A DNA stretch of 6,394 bases from a virus (Duplodnaviria; Heunggongvirae; Uroviricota; Caudoviricetes), in IMG/VR virus record IMGVR_UViG_2690316099_000016; one strand, written 5' to 3'. The translations under genes were made by a program, and so were the position numbers. Under the pieces are notes generated by a model that saw only the letters and a program-made list of their open reading frames with translations, did no database searches and had not been told where the DNA came from. Of the stretch, positions 1-6,394 are shown piece by piece (position 1 is the first letter of the stretch; every line of letters begins with the position of its first letter).

Positions 1-37
1 CTATATGGCAACTAACATACGGGCCAGCCTCGCCAAA

Positions 38-568
38 CTAACCCGCTTTAGATTCTACCGGATTTGATTGCCTACTTGTCTCGGTTTTTTCCAAAATCTC
101 TCTGACGCAATCGTCTGGCATATCTACAATCATCAACGCAGCCAGGCGCTTCCTGCCTTCTAGTTGTAATAAATCCTGGTTTTCTTTATTCAGCAGTGTC
201 AGAACCGTCTCTACACCTTTGCGAGCAAGGAGATTGGTTAACTGTTCTCGTTCGTCTTTCGTAAGGAATGAAAGCATCTGTGTAAGCTGATCTCCCTTAT
301 CACCAGAACAACCAAAATCACCATAAATACCAATATCGTTTGGTAATTCACCCTTGCCCTCTTTAAGCCACTCAAGACTAACGCCTTCACTTTCAGAAAT
401 TCGTATAAGGATACTTTCTCTGGGGGCTGGTTGTGTTTGTCCTCCCTTGAAATAGCTGTTTAATGTGTTGATATTGATTCCCCACGCTCTGGCAGCTGCA
501 CTTCTTGAAGGGTAGCGCTTTGTAAGCATTCCAATACGTTCAATAACAGGTTCTTTTCCCTGCGACAT
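38..568 (-). CDS. Prophage repressor, CI-type HTH N-terminal domain (functional analogue of Mu repressor c); 176 aa
   Basis: Minus-strand ORF with ATG at complement of 566..568 and an AAGAGG Shine-Dalgarno 7 nt upstream (complement of 576..581); stop TAG at complement of 38..40. The ORF-track 336-aa version is an artefact of reading through the N run. N-terminal segment RSAAARAWGININTLNSYFKGG...GVSLEWLKEGKGE resembles the Phage_CI_repr helix-turn-helix family (compare coliphage 186 CI ...GANLQWLLTGEGE, recalled from memory). No peptidase S24 motif is visible. Divergent from ner, as for the Mu repressor. Confidence 0.75.
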   Translation of the reverse strand: MSQGKEPVIERIGMLTKRYPSRSAAARAWGININTLNSYFKGGQTQPAPRESILIRISESEGVSLEWLKEGKGELPNDIGIYGDFGCSGDKGDQLTQMLSFLTKDEREQLTNLLARKGVETVLTLLNKENQDLLQLEGRKRLAALMIVDMPDDCVREILEKTETSRQSNPVESKAG

Positions 569-587
569 AAAGATACCTCTTGGTGCT

Positions 588-1007
588 NNNNNNNNNNNNN
601 NNNNNNNNNNNNNNNNNNNNNNNNNNNNNNNNNNNNNNNNNNNNNNNNNNNNNNNNNNNNNNNNNNNNNNNNNNNNNNNNNNNNNNNNNNNNNNNNNNNN
701 NNNNNNNNNNNNNNNNNNNNNNNNNNNNNNNNNNNNNNNNNNNNNNNNNNNNNNNNNNNNNNNNNNNNNNNNNNNNNNNNNNNNNNNNNNNNNNNNNNNN
801 NNNNNNNNNNNNNNNNNNNNNNNNNNNNNNNNNNNNNNNNNNNNNNNNNNNNNNNNNNNNNNNNNNNNNNNNNNNNNNNNNNNNNNNNNNNNNNNNNNNN
901 NNNNNNNNNNNNNNNNNNNNNNNNNNNNNNNNNNNNNNNNNNNNNNNNNNNNNNNNNNNNNNNNNNNNNNNNNNNNNNNNNNNNNNNNNNNNNNNNNNNN
1001 NNNNNNN
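588..1007. other. N-masked run (420 nt); expected to contain the repressor/early operator-promoter region and the 5' part of ner
   Basis: Uninterrupted run of n characters seen directly; the content is inferred only from flanking genes. Confidence 1.
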
Positions 1008-1107
1008 ACCGTATCAGCAAATAATTGCTGATGCTCTTGGGGTATCACCTGAAGAAATCTGGCCCAGTCGATACCAGGTTAAGAGCTATATGAGAAAGGC
1101 GTCATGA
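862..1107 (+). CDS. ner: Ner-like DNA-binding protein (Ner/Nlp family); only 1008..1107 is readable, the start coordinate is an estimate inside the masked run
   Basis: Readable C-terminus PYQQIIADALGVSPEEIWPSRYQVKSYMRKAS matches the Mu Ner C-terminal signature (...GEQIIANALETKPEVIWPSRYQAGE, from memory) and the E. coli Nlp tail. Stop TGA at 1105..1107. Start estimated by placing IWPSRYQ at the same distance from the N-terminus as in 75-aa Mu Ner. Confidence 0.8.
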   Translation, partial: XXXXXXXXXXXXXXXXXXXXXXXXXXXXXXXXXXXXXXXXXXXXXXXXXPYQQIIADALGVSPEEIWPSRYQVKSYMRKAS

Positions 1108-1108
1108 T

Positions 1109-3250
1109 ATGTATGTCATTGCAAAAGAACTGATTGGCGCGCCCGGAATGCCTGCTACAACAAAAGGTATTCGCCAGGCATTACAACGTTACGTACAAGG
1201 GAAAAGCTGTTGTTCCCGTCGTCGCTCAGGCTCTAAAGCAACTGAATACAGCATCGACTGTTTACCTGAAGTGACGCAGCAGGCATTACGTGAACGCTAC
1301 GCCCTGCAACTGATGACGCAAAAAGCCGATGAATCACCGGCTCCGGTGGTGACAAAGGCCAGACGCTCACCTGCCGTGGTTGATGCGGTGGAGGCATATC
1401 GCGGATCACCCCAACTGATGGTCGAACGCCTCAATGCCCTGACTGAAAACCAACGTAAAGTGGCAGAGGCACGAATAGCGATCGTCAGCGAGGTGCTGAA
1501 AATCGCGCAACAACCCGGCTTTAGTTGCGCTAAGGCTATCCGGTTCCTCGTTAACAGCCTGGCACGATCACAACTGGACGAGCGCATTGTGGCAATGGTT
1601 GAGACGGCGAACGCCAAAAAGGGAAACAGCCGCGCGTTGAGTGAAATCACGCTGAAACGCTGGATTGCGGCCTTTAACAAGGCACAGAACGCCGCTGAAC
1701 GCCTGCTTTTACTGGCACCGGGTAAACGCCAGGAAATAAAAGCCGAAGATATTAACTGGCTGCCCGAATTTCTGGCGCAGTATCGCCAGTCAAACGGCCG
1801 ACCAATGACCGAGGCTTACGAGGATTTTGTTGCTGAATGGCAGCACCGGCACGCTGATGAGCCTTATATGCTCGATATCATGCCCTCTTATGACACCATT
1901 CGCCGCGCAATGAAGAAACTGCCGGAAGTGGTGAAACAAAAAGGCCGGGTAACTGGCAGTGAATACCGTCAGCTTGAGGGATTCACGCGCCGCGACTGGT
2001 CCAGAATGCCGGTGAATTATGTCTGGATTGGTGACGGTCACGGCATGAAGCTGAAATGCGCGCACCCGGTTCACGGGCGGCCATTCGCACCGGAAGTGAC
2101 CTTTGTTATCGACGGTGGCACGCGCTTTGTGGTGGGCTGGAGCCTTGACCTGGCTGAAAATGTTTTCGCCGTAGCCGGTGCCATACAGCACGGTATTCGC
2201 CATCATGGCAAACCGTTTCTGTATTACTCGGATAATGGCTCCGGGGAAACCGCCGACGTCCTGGATAAGGAGATTGTGGGGATACTGCCACGACTGGGGA
2301 TTAATCACCCGACAGGGATTGCCGGTAATCCGCAGGGACGGGGCATTATCGAACGGCTTAACCGCACATTACCGATGCGCATAGCCCGTAAATACCGCAC
2401 CTATTTCGGGAAAGGAGCAGATCGCGAGACGTTACGTAAAACCAACCGCGATTTACGCTCGGCATTCAGTGCCCTGCAACAGGGCAAACGGCTGAACGCC
2501 CGGCAGCAGTCAGCGATGCGTGATTTACCGTCCTGGTCTGAACTGATTGATGCCATTCGTGACGGTGTTGAGTGGTACAACAACCGGCCGCACGATGAAT
2601 TACCCATGAAGCCGAACGGTAAACATTACAGCCCGGCGGAGTTCAGAAAAAAACGCCTGGCGGAAGAGGACACGGAAATTGAATGGCTGTCCGATGTTGA
2701 ACTGCGGGATATGTTCCGGCCGATGGTGGAGCGCCCTGTAAGACGCTGTGAAATACGCTGGCTGAATAATATTTACTACGCGCCCGAGCTGCGTGACGAG
2801 CATGGCCGTAAGGTACTTATCAGCTATGACATTCATGATGCCGAACGAATTACCGTGCGCCGCCCGGATGGCAGCGTGATTTGCGAGGCGGTATGGGACG
2901 GCAATAAACGCGAAGCCTTCCCTGTCAGCGCGGAATACTACAAACAGCANNNNNNNNNNNNNNNNNNNNNNNNNNNNNNNNNNNNNNNNNNNNNNNNNNN
3001 NNNNNNNNNNNNNNNNNNNNNNNNNNNNNNNNNNNNNNNNNNNNNNNNNNNNNNNNNNNNNNNNNNNNNNNNNNNNNNNNNNNNNNNNNNNNNNNNNNNN
3101 NNNNNNNNNNNNNNNNNNNNNNNNNNNNNNNNNNNNNNNNNNNNNNNNNNNNNNNNNNNNNNNNNNNNNNNNNNNNNNNNNNNNNNNNNNNNNNNNNNNN
3201 NNNNNNNNNNNNNNNNNNNNNNNNNNNNNNNNNNNNNNNNNNNNNNNNNN
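1109..3250 (+). CDS. A: MuA-like DDE transposase (transposase A); 1109..2949 is readable (613 codons), the 3' end is an estimate inside the masked run
   Basis: ATG at 1109, 1 nt after the ner stop. N-terminus ELIGAPGMPATTKGI...RRSGSKATEYSIDCLPEVTQQAL aligns by eye with MuA domain I-alpha (ECANLPGLPKTSAGVI...GVKGGKAIEYNANSLPVEAKAAL). Putative catalytic triad: D309 in WIGDGHG (codon 2033..2035), D375 in YYSDNGSGE (codon 2231..2233), E415 in GRGIIERLNRTL (codon 2351..2353). The ORF-track continuation to 3682 is a frame artefact across N. Confidence 0.9.
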
Positions 3251-3629
3251 NNNNNNNNNNNNNNNNNNNNNNNNNNNNNNNNNNNNNNNNNNNNNNNNNN
3301 NNNNNNNNNNNNNNNNNNNNNNNNNNNNNNNNNNNNNNNNNNNNNNNNNNNNNNNNNNNNNNNNNNNNNNNNNNNNNNNNNNNNNNNNNNNNNNNNNNNN
3401 NNNNNNNNNNNNNNNNNNNNNNNNNNNNNNNNNNNNNNNNNNNNNNNNNNNNNNNNNNNNNNNNNNNNNNNNNNNNNNNNNNNNNNNNNNNNNNNNNNNN
3501 NNNNNNNNNNNNNNNNNNNNNNNNNNNNNNNNNNNNNNNNNNNNNNNNNNNNNNNNNNNNNNNNNNNNNNNNNNNNNNNNNNNNNNNNNNNNNNNNNNNN
3601 NNNNNNNNNNNNNNNNNNNNNNNNNNNNN
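2950..3629. other. N-masked run (680 nt) covering the 3' end of A and the 5' end of B
   Basis: Uninterrupted run of n characters seen directly. Confidence 1.
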
Positions 3630-4338
3630 GGAAACTCAGACAGTCCAGGAGCTGCGCGCACTGTTTCAGGCGGTTCGCCTGATGGGCTGTATTAACGTTA
3701 TTGTGGGCGTACCGGGTGTGGGTAAAACGGCCACTGCCCGTAATTACTGCCAGGAGCAACCAAACACCTGGATGATCACCCTGTCACCCGCGCACTCCAG
3801 CGTCACGGAGTGTCTGCTGGAGCTGGCCGATGCGCTGGGGATTGATTACACCCGCGCGAACAAAGGGGCATTATCCCGCGCCATCCGCCGTCGCCTGATG
3901 GGAACGCGTGGACTGGTGATTGTGGATGAGGCGGATCATCTTGGTATTGACGGTCTGGAGCAACTCCGGGCAATTCAGGACGCCACGGGGATCGGGATGG
4001 TGCTTATTGGTAACCCGCGCGGATTGTTTAAAGGTGGACGCCGCGCCTTTGATGATTTATCGCGCCTGTTCAGCCGTCTTGCCCGTACAAAACAACTTCG
4101 CAAGGCCAAAAAGGCGGATGTGCTGGCCATTGCCATGGCGTGGGGGATCAGTGGTGAGGCCGAGCTGGCCGTCATGCAGGCTATCGCTGAAAAGCCGGGA
4201 GCGTTACGCGTTCTGACACATACGCTTAACCAGGCGTGGCTCACCGCCAGCGGTGAAGGCGCGGCGCTGACAGAAAAACATATTAATGCGGCCTTTAAAG
4301 AGGTTTATACCAACCCTGAATTACTCTCACAGGTGTGA
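3412..4338 (+). CDS. B: MuB-like AAA+ ATPase, transposition target-DNA activator (protein B); 3630..4338 is readable, the start is an estimate inside the masked run
   Basis: Frame 1 is open from the masked boundary: ETQTVQELRALFQAVRLMGCINVIVGVPGVGKT... matches Mu B (ETQTVKQIWTSMRFASLTESIAVVCGNPGVGKT, from memory). Walker A GVPGVGKT at 3706..3729, Walker B LVIVDEADHL at 3913..3942, and a conserved C-terminal block KKADVLAIAMAWGI...AIAEKPGALRVL. Stop TGA at 4336..4338. The track start at 3682 is an internal Met. Confidence 0.9.
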   Translation, partial: XXXXXXXXXXXXXXXXXXXXXXXXXXXXXXXXXXXXXXXXXXXXXXXXXXXXXXXXXXXXXXXXXXXXXXXXXETQTVQELRALFQAVRLMGCINVIVGVPGVGKTATARNYCQEQPNTWMITLSPAHSSVTECLLELADALGIDYTRANKGALSRAIRRRLMGTRGLVIVDEADHLGIDGLEQLRAIQDATGIGMVLIGNPRGLFKGGRRAFDDLSRLFSRLARTKQLRKAKKADVLAIAMAWGISGEAELAVMQAIAEKPGALRVLTHTLNQAWLTASGEGAALTEKHINAAFKEVYTNPELLSQV

Positions 4339-4340
4339 TT

Positions 4341-4562
4341 ATGGCGGTATTTAATATTCCTGATATTTACGGACGCTTTTACCTGGTTAATTTCGATAAC
4401 GTGAAGGTGATTTCACTGGCCGAAAATAAAGAATGTGGCGATTTACTTTTTGAATTTAATGACCGCACACGAATGGTGATATCTGCCGGACTTGATCGCG
4501 AAGGTGCGACAGAAGTTTACAGCGGAATATGCCGTTCTGTTGGTGCGAAACAAGTCAGCTAA
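4341..4562 (+). CDS. Small hypothetical protein (73 aa) in the position occupied by kil in Mu; function not established
   Basis: ATG at 4341 with AGGTG at 4331..4335 (5-nt spacing), embedded in the last codons of B. Stop TAA at 4560..4562. No recognisable motif; Mu Kil sequence not recalled well enough to align. The track start (GTG 4335) is less likely. Confidence 0.6.
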   Translation: MAVFNIPDIYGRFYLVNFDNVKVISLAENKECGDLLFEFNDRTRMVISAGLDREGATEVYSGICRSVGAKQVS

Positions 4563-4574
4563 ATGAGGTGTTAT

Positions 4575-4829
4575 ATGAATATGCAATCCTGCGGTAACAA
4601 AATGAATTTATTCGACTCCCTGAACAGCGCGCGCCGTCTGACCGAACTTGCCGGTGCGGTACTGGAACGCAGTAAGCGCTATCCGCAACGTTTTGCACTG
4701 AAAACCACGCCGCCGGTAGGCAACGTGCAGGGAACCGGTGAAATTGAAATCACCATACAGACCAACGGCCTGCGCCGCCGTGTGAAGGCCACCCGCATCA
4801 GCGGCTGCACGGTTTACTGGGAGGTGTGA
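4575..4829 (+). CDS. Small hypothetical protein (84 aa), early accessory region
   Basis: ATG at 4575, preceded by GAGGTG at 4565..4570. Alternative in-frame starts are ATG 4563 (immediately after the upstream stop, no SD) and ATG 4581. Stop TGA at 4827..4829. No recognisable domain. Confidence 0.55.
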   Translation: MNMQSCGNKMNLFDSLNSARRLTELAGAVLERSKRYPQRFALKTTPPVGNVQGTGEIEITIQTNGLRRRVKATRISGCTVYWEV

Positions 4830-4830
4830 G

Positions 4831-5112
4831 GTGAAAAAAAATCTCATTGCATGGGCGTGGTCGAGTGGTCTTATTGAGTTTGGTTACGTCCTGCCGGAAG
4901 GTGCATTGCCGATAGTTGCCGGAAAGCCTGCCACGGTACGGCATGTGATTGAGGTTATGGCGCGTCATGGACGTGATGAACAGGAGCAGTTACTGGTTCC
5001 GGGGATACCGGAAGCGGTGACGGAGGAAGAAGCCTTTAATGCCATGATTCGGTTCTGCCGTGAGGTCAGACGCCGGGTCAGTTATCCAAACAGAACGAGG
5101 ACCAGAGGATGA
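4831..5112 (+). CDS. Small hypothetical protein (93 aa) with a basic C-terminal tail, early accessory region
   Basis: GTG start at 4831 with GGAGG at 4819..4823 (7-nt spacing), lying inside the last codons of the upstream ORF. Stop TGA at 5110..5112 overlaps the next ATG (ATGA). No recognisable domain. Confidence 0.55.
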   Translation: MKKNLIAWAWSSGLIEFGYVLPEGALPIVAGKPATVRHVIEVMARHGRDEQEQLLVPGIPEAVTEEEAFNAMIRFCREVRRRVSYPNRTRTRG

Positions 5113-5819
5113 GTAAAGTCGTACACATTATTTTCGAATATAAGGAGCACGTTATCCATAAAAACGCTGATGGAACAGTGCGCATNNNNNNNNNNNNNNN
5201 NNNNNNNNNNNNNNNNNNNNNNNNNNNNNNNNNNNNNNNNNNNNNNNNNNNNNNNNNNNNNNNNNNNNNNNNNNNNNNNNNNNNNNNNNNNNNNNNNNNN
5301 NNNNNNNNNNNNNNNNNNNNNNNNNNNNNNNNNNNNNNNNNNNNNNNNNNNNNNNNNNNNNNNNNNNNNNNNNNNNNNNNNNNNNNNNNNNNNNNNNNNN
5401 NNNNNNNNNNNNNNNNNNNNNNNNNNNNNNNNNNNNNNNNNNNNNNNNNNNNNNNNNNNNNNNNNNNNNNNNNNNNNNNNNNNNNNNNNNNNNNNNNNNN
5501 NNNNNNNNNNNNNNNNNNNNNNNNNNNNNNNNNNNNNNNNNNNNNNNNNNNNNNNNNNNNNNNNNNNNNNNNNNNNNNNNNNNNNNNNNNNNNNNNNNNN
5601 NNNNNNNNNNNNNNNNNNNNNNNNNNNNNNNNNNNNNNNNGTGATACGGAGAACAGACCGACAGGCCCATGTGATGTTTATGCGCAAATTCTTAAATATC
5701 ACAGCCCCACAATTATTCAGTTTCTGACAGATGAACTTCAGGGTTCCATGCAGGCTCTGGGGGTGAAAAGCAGCATTGAGCGCCGCTCCTTGCAGAACGC
5801 ACCAGATACATTGCAATAA
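5109..5819 (+). CDS. Hypothetical protein, about 236 aa if it is a single ORF; the middle 455 nt is masked, so it could be two genes
   Basis: ATG at 5109 overlaps the upstream stop; GAGG at 5097..5100. Readable N-terminus MSKVVHIIFEYKEHVIHKNADGTVR. Readable C-terminus DTENRPTGPCDVYAQILKYHSPTIIQFLTDELQGSMQALGVKSSIERRSLQNAPDTLQ ends at TAA 5817..5819, directly abutting the gam ribosome-binding site. The start frame and stop frame coincide across the N run (1 in 3 by chance), which weakly supports a single ORF. Confidence 0.4.
   Translation: MSKVVHIIFEYKEHVIHKNADGTVRXXXXXXXXXXXXXXXXXXXXXXXXXXXXXXXXXXXXXXXXXXXXXXXXXXXXXXXXXXXXXXXXXXXXXXXXXXXXXXXXXXXXXXXXXXXXXXXXXXXXXXXXXXXXXXXXXXXXXXXXXXXXXXXXXXXXXXXXXXXXXXXXXXXXXXXXXDTENRPTGPCDVYAQILKYHSPTIIQFLTDELQGSMQALGVKSSIERRSLQNAPDTLQ
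5186..5640. other. N-masked run (455 nt) inside the largest accessory ORF
   Basis: Uninterrupted run of n characters seen directly. Confidence 1.
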
Positions 5820-5830
5820 GGAAAAACAAA

Positions 5831-6361
5831 ATGGCAAAACGCGTTACAAAATTAAAGGCTGTAGCCGAGGCCGCACCGCAGACCCGCGAAGAAGTCAGCC
5901 GCGATATCCGCACCCTGGGCGATATTCAGCGAGAGGCGCTGCGCCTGGAAACGGCGATGAATGATGAAGTGGCAGAAATCACCGCCCGTTATACGCCGCA
6001 GATTGAAAATCTTAAAAAGCAAATCAAAGTGCTTTTTAAAGGGATTCAGGACTGGTGTAAAACCAACCGTGATGAGCTGACGAACGGCGGCAAAACCAAA
6101 ACTGCCAATCTGACCACCGGAACGGTGTCATGGCGGCTGGGAACGCCATCATGCAGCGTCAGCCGTGATGTGGAAGGTGTGATTGACACGCTGCGCCGTA
6201 TGGGGCTTGAGCGATTCATCCGCACGAAAGAGGAAGTGAACAAGGAAGCCGTCCTGGCGGAGCCGGATGCGGTGAAAGGCATTGCCGGTATAAAGGTGAA
6301 TAAAGGCGCTGAAAGTTTTTATGTCGAGCCTTTTGAACAGGATGCCGGACTGAATAAATAA
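5831..6361 (+). CDS. gam: Host-nuclease inhibitor protein Gam (Mu Gam / Ku-like DNA-end binding), 176 aa
   Basis: ATG at 5831 with AAGGA at 5818..5822. The protein MAKRVTKLKAVAEAAPQTREEVSRDIRTLGDIQREALRLETAMNDEVAEI...CKTNRDELTNGGKTKTANLTTGTVSWR...LERFIRTKEEVNKEAVLAEP...EPFEQDAG aligns closely by eye with Mu Gam (...IGDLQREASRLETEMNDAIAEI...ANRDELTNGGKVKTANLVTGDVSWR...LQRFIRTKQEINKEAILLEP...PFEQEAG, from memory). Stop TAA at 6359..6361. Confidence 0.9.
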   Translation: MAKRVTKLKAVAEAAPQTREEVSRDIRTLGDIQREALRLETAMNDEVAEITARYTPQIENLKKQIKVLFKGIQDWCKTNRDELTNGGKTKTANLTTGTVSWRLGTPSCSVSRDVEGVIDTLRRMGLERFIRTKEEVNKEAVLAEPDAVKGIAGIKVNKGAESFYVEPFEQDAGLNK

Positions 6362-6394
6362 CACCGCATTAATTATTTAAATATCACTTCATTT

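Noticed and set aside
1-37. Possible Mu-type attL end or terminator downstream of the repressor
   Set aside because: The 37 nt show no TG-terminal end-binding repeat pattern and no clear GC-rich hairpin followed by a T-run; the prophage end most likely lies left of the window.
38-1048. ORF-track 336-aa minus-strand ORF extending the repressor through the N run
   Set aside because: The extension consists of X residues from masked bases, so stops cannot be seen. A good ATG with Shine-Dalgarno at 566..568 starts the HTH domain, so the real CDS is 38..568.
1297-2607. Antisense and alternative-frame ORFs inside the transposase gene (1297..1680, 1790..2308, 2106..2291, 2401..2607 on minus; 2178..2384 on plus)
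   Set aside because: They are fully embedded in a strongly supported, conserved CDS and lack ribosome-binding sites; typical spurious ORFs in moderately GC-rich coding DNA.
1109-3682. 857-aa continuous ORF implying A runs to 3682
   Set aside because: The A frame and the B frame differ. The B frame is demonstrably coding from 3630 (ETQTV...Walker A), and the A-frame tail after the N run (KLRQSRSCAHCFRRFA) is overlap-frame noise.
460-3759. Minus-strand ORFs spanning N runs (460..1020, 2600..3661, 2938..3759)
   Set aside because: They are open only because masked bases cannot encode stops; their readable parts are antisense to supported genes.
3920-4244. ORFs 3920..4216 (+) and 3975..4244 (-) inside the B gene
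   Set aside because: Embedded in the conserved MuB-like frame; Arg/Ser/Ala-rich translations typical of wrong-frame reads.
4608-4847. Minus-strand 79-aa ORF overlapping accessory ORF2
   Set aside because: Antisense to a plus-strand ORF that has a clear Shine-Dalgarno and coupling context; no start signal of its own.
5082-5837. Minus-strand 251-aa and 172-aa ORFs and plus-strand 5170..5727 across the third N run
   Set aside because: Artefacts of the N run. The minus-strand candidate would start inside the gam start region and run antisense to a coupled plus-strand start at 5109. The plus-strand frame ending at 5727 would leave the gam-abutting frame unexplained.
5713-6364. ORFs 5713..5913 (-), 5776..5964 (+), 6046..6282 (-), 6149..6364 (-) overlapping gam
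   Set aside because: gam is strongly conserved in its own frame; these are embedded or antisense with low-complexity translations.
1-6394. CRISPR arrays, tRNA or rRNA genes, IS elements
   Set aside because: No direct-repeat/spacer periodicity, no tRNA-like cloverleaf candidates, and no inverted-repeat-bounded IS noticed in the readable sequence; the only transposase is the phage A gene.

Overview
The window reads as the left (early) arm of a Mu-like transposable prophage, probably in an enterobacterial host by composition. Gene order is: a leftward repressor (38..568, minus strand), then rightward ner, a MuA-like DDE transposase, a MuB-like AAA+ ATPase, four compact accessory ORFs of unknown function, and gam. 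Three N-masked runs (588..1007, 2950..3629, 5186..5640) hide the repressor-ner operator region and the ner 5' end, the A/B junction, and most of the largest accessory gene. ORF-track entries that cross these runs are partly artefacts, because N translates to X and cannot show stops. The most interesting points are the unexplained accessory module between B and gam (4341..5819) and a repressor whose DNA-binding domain looks CI-type rather than Mu-type while the transposase N-terminus is MuA-like. All homology statements come from by-eye comparison with protein sequences recalled from memory; no database search or computation was run, and boundaries inside masked runs are estimates.
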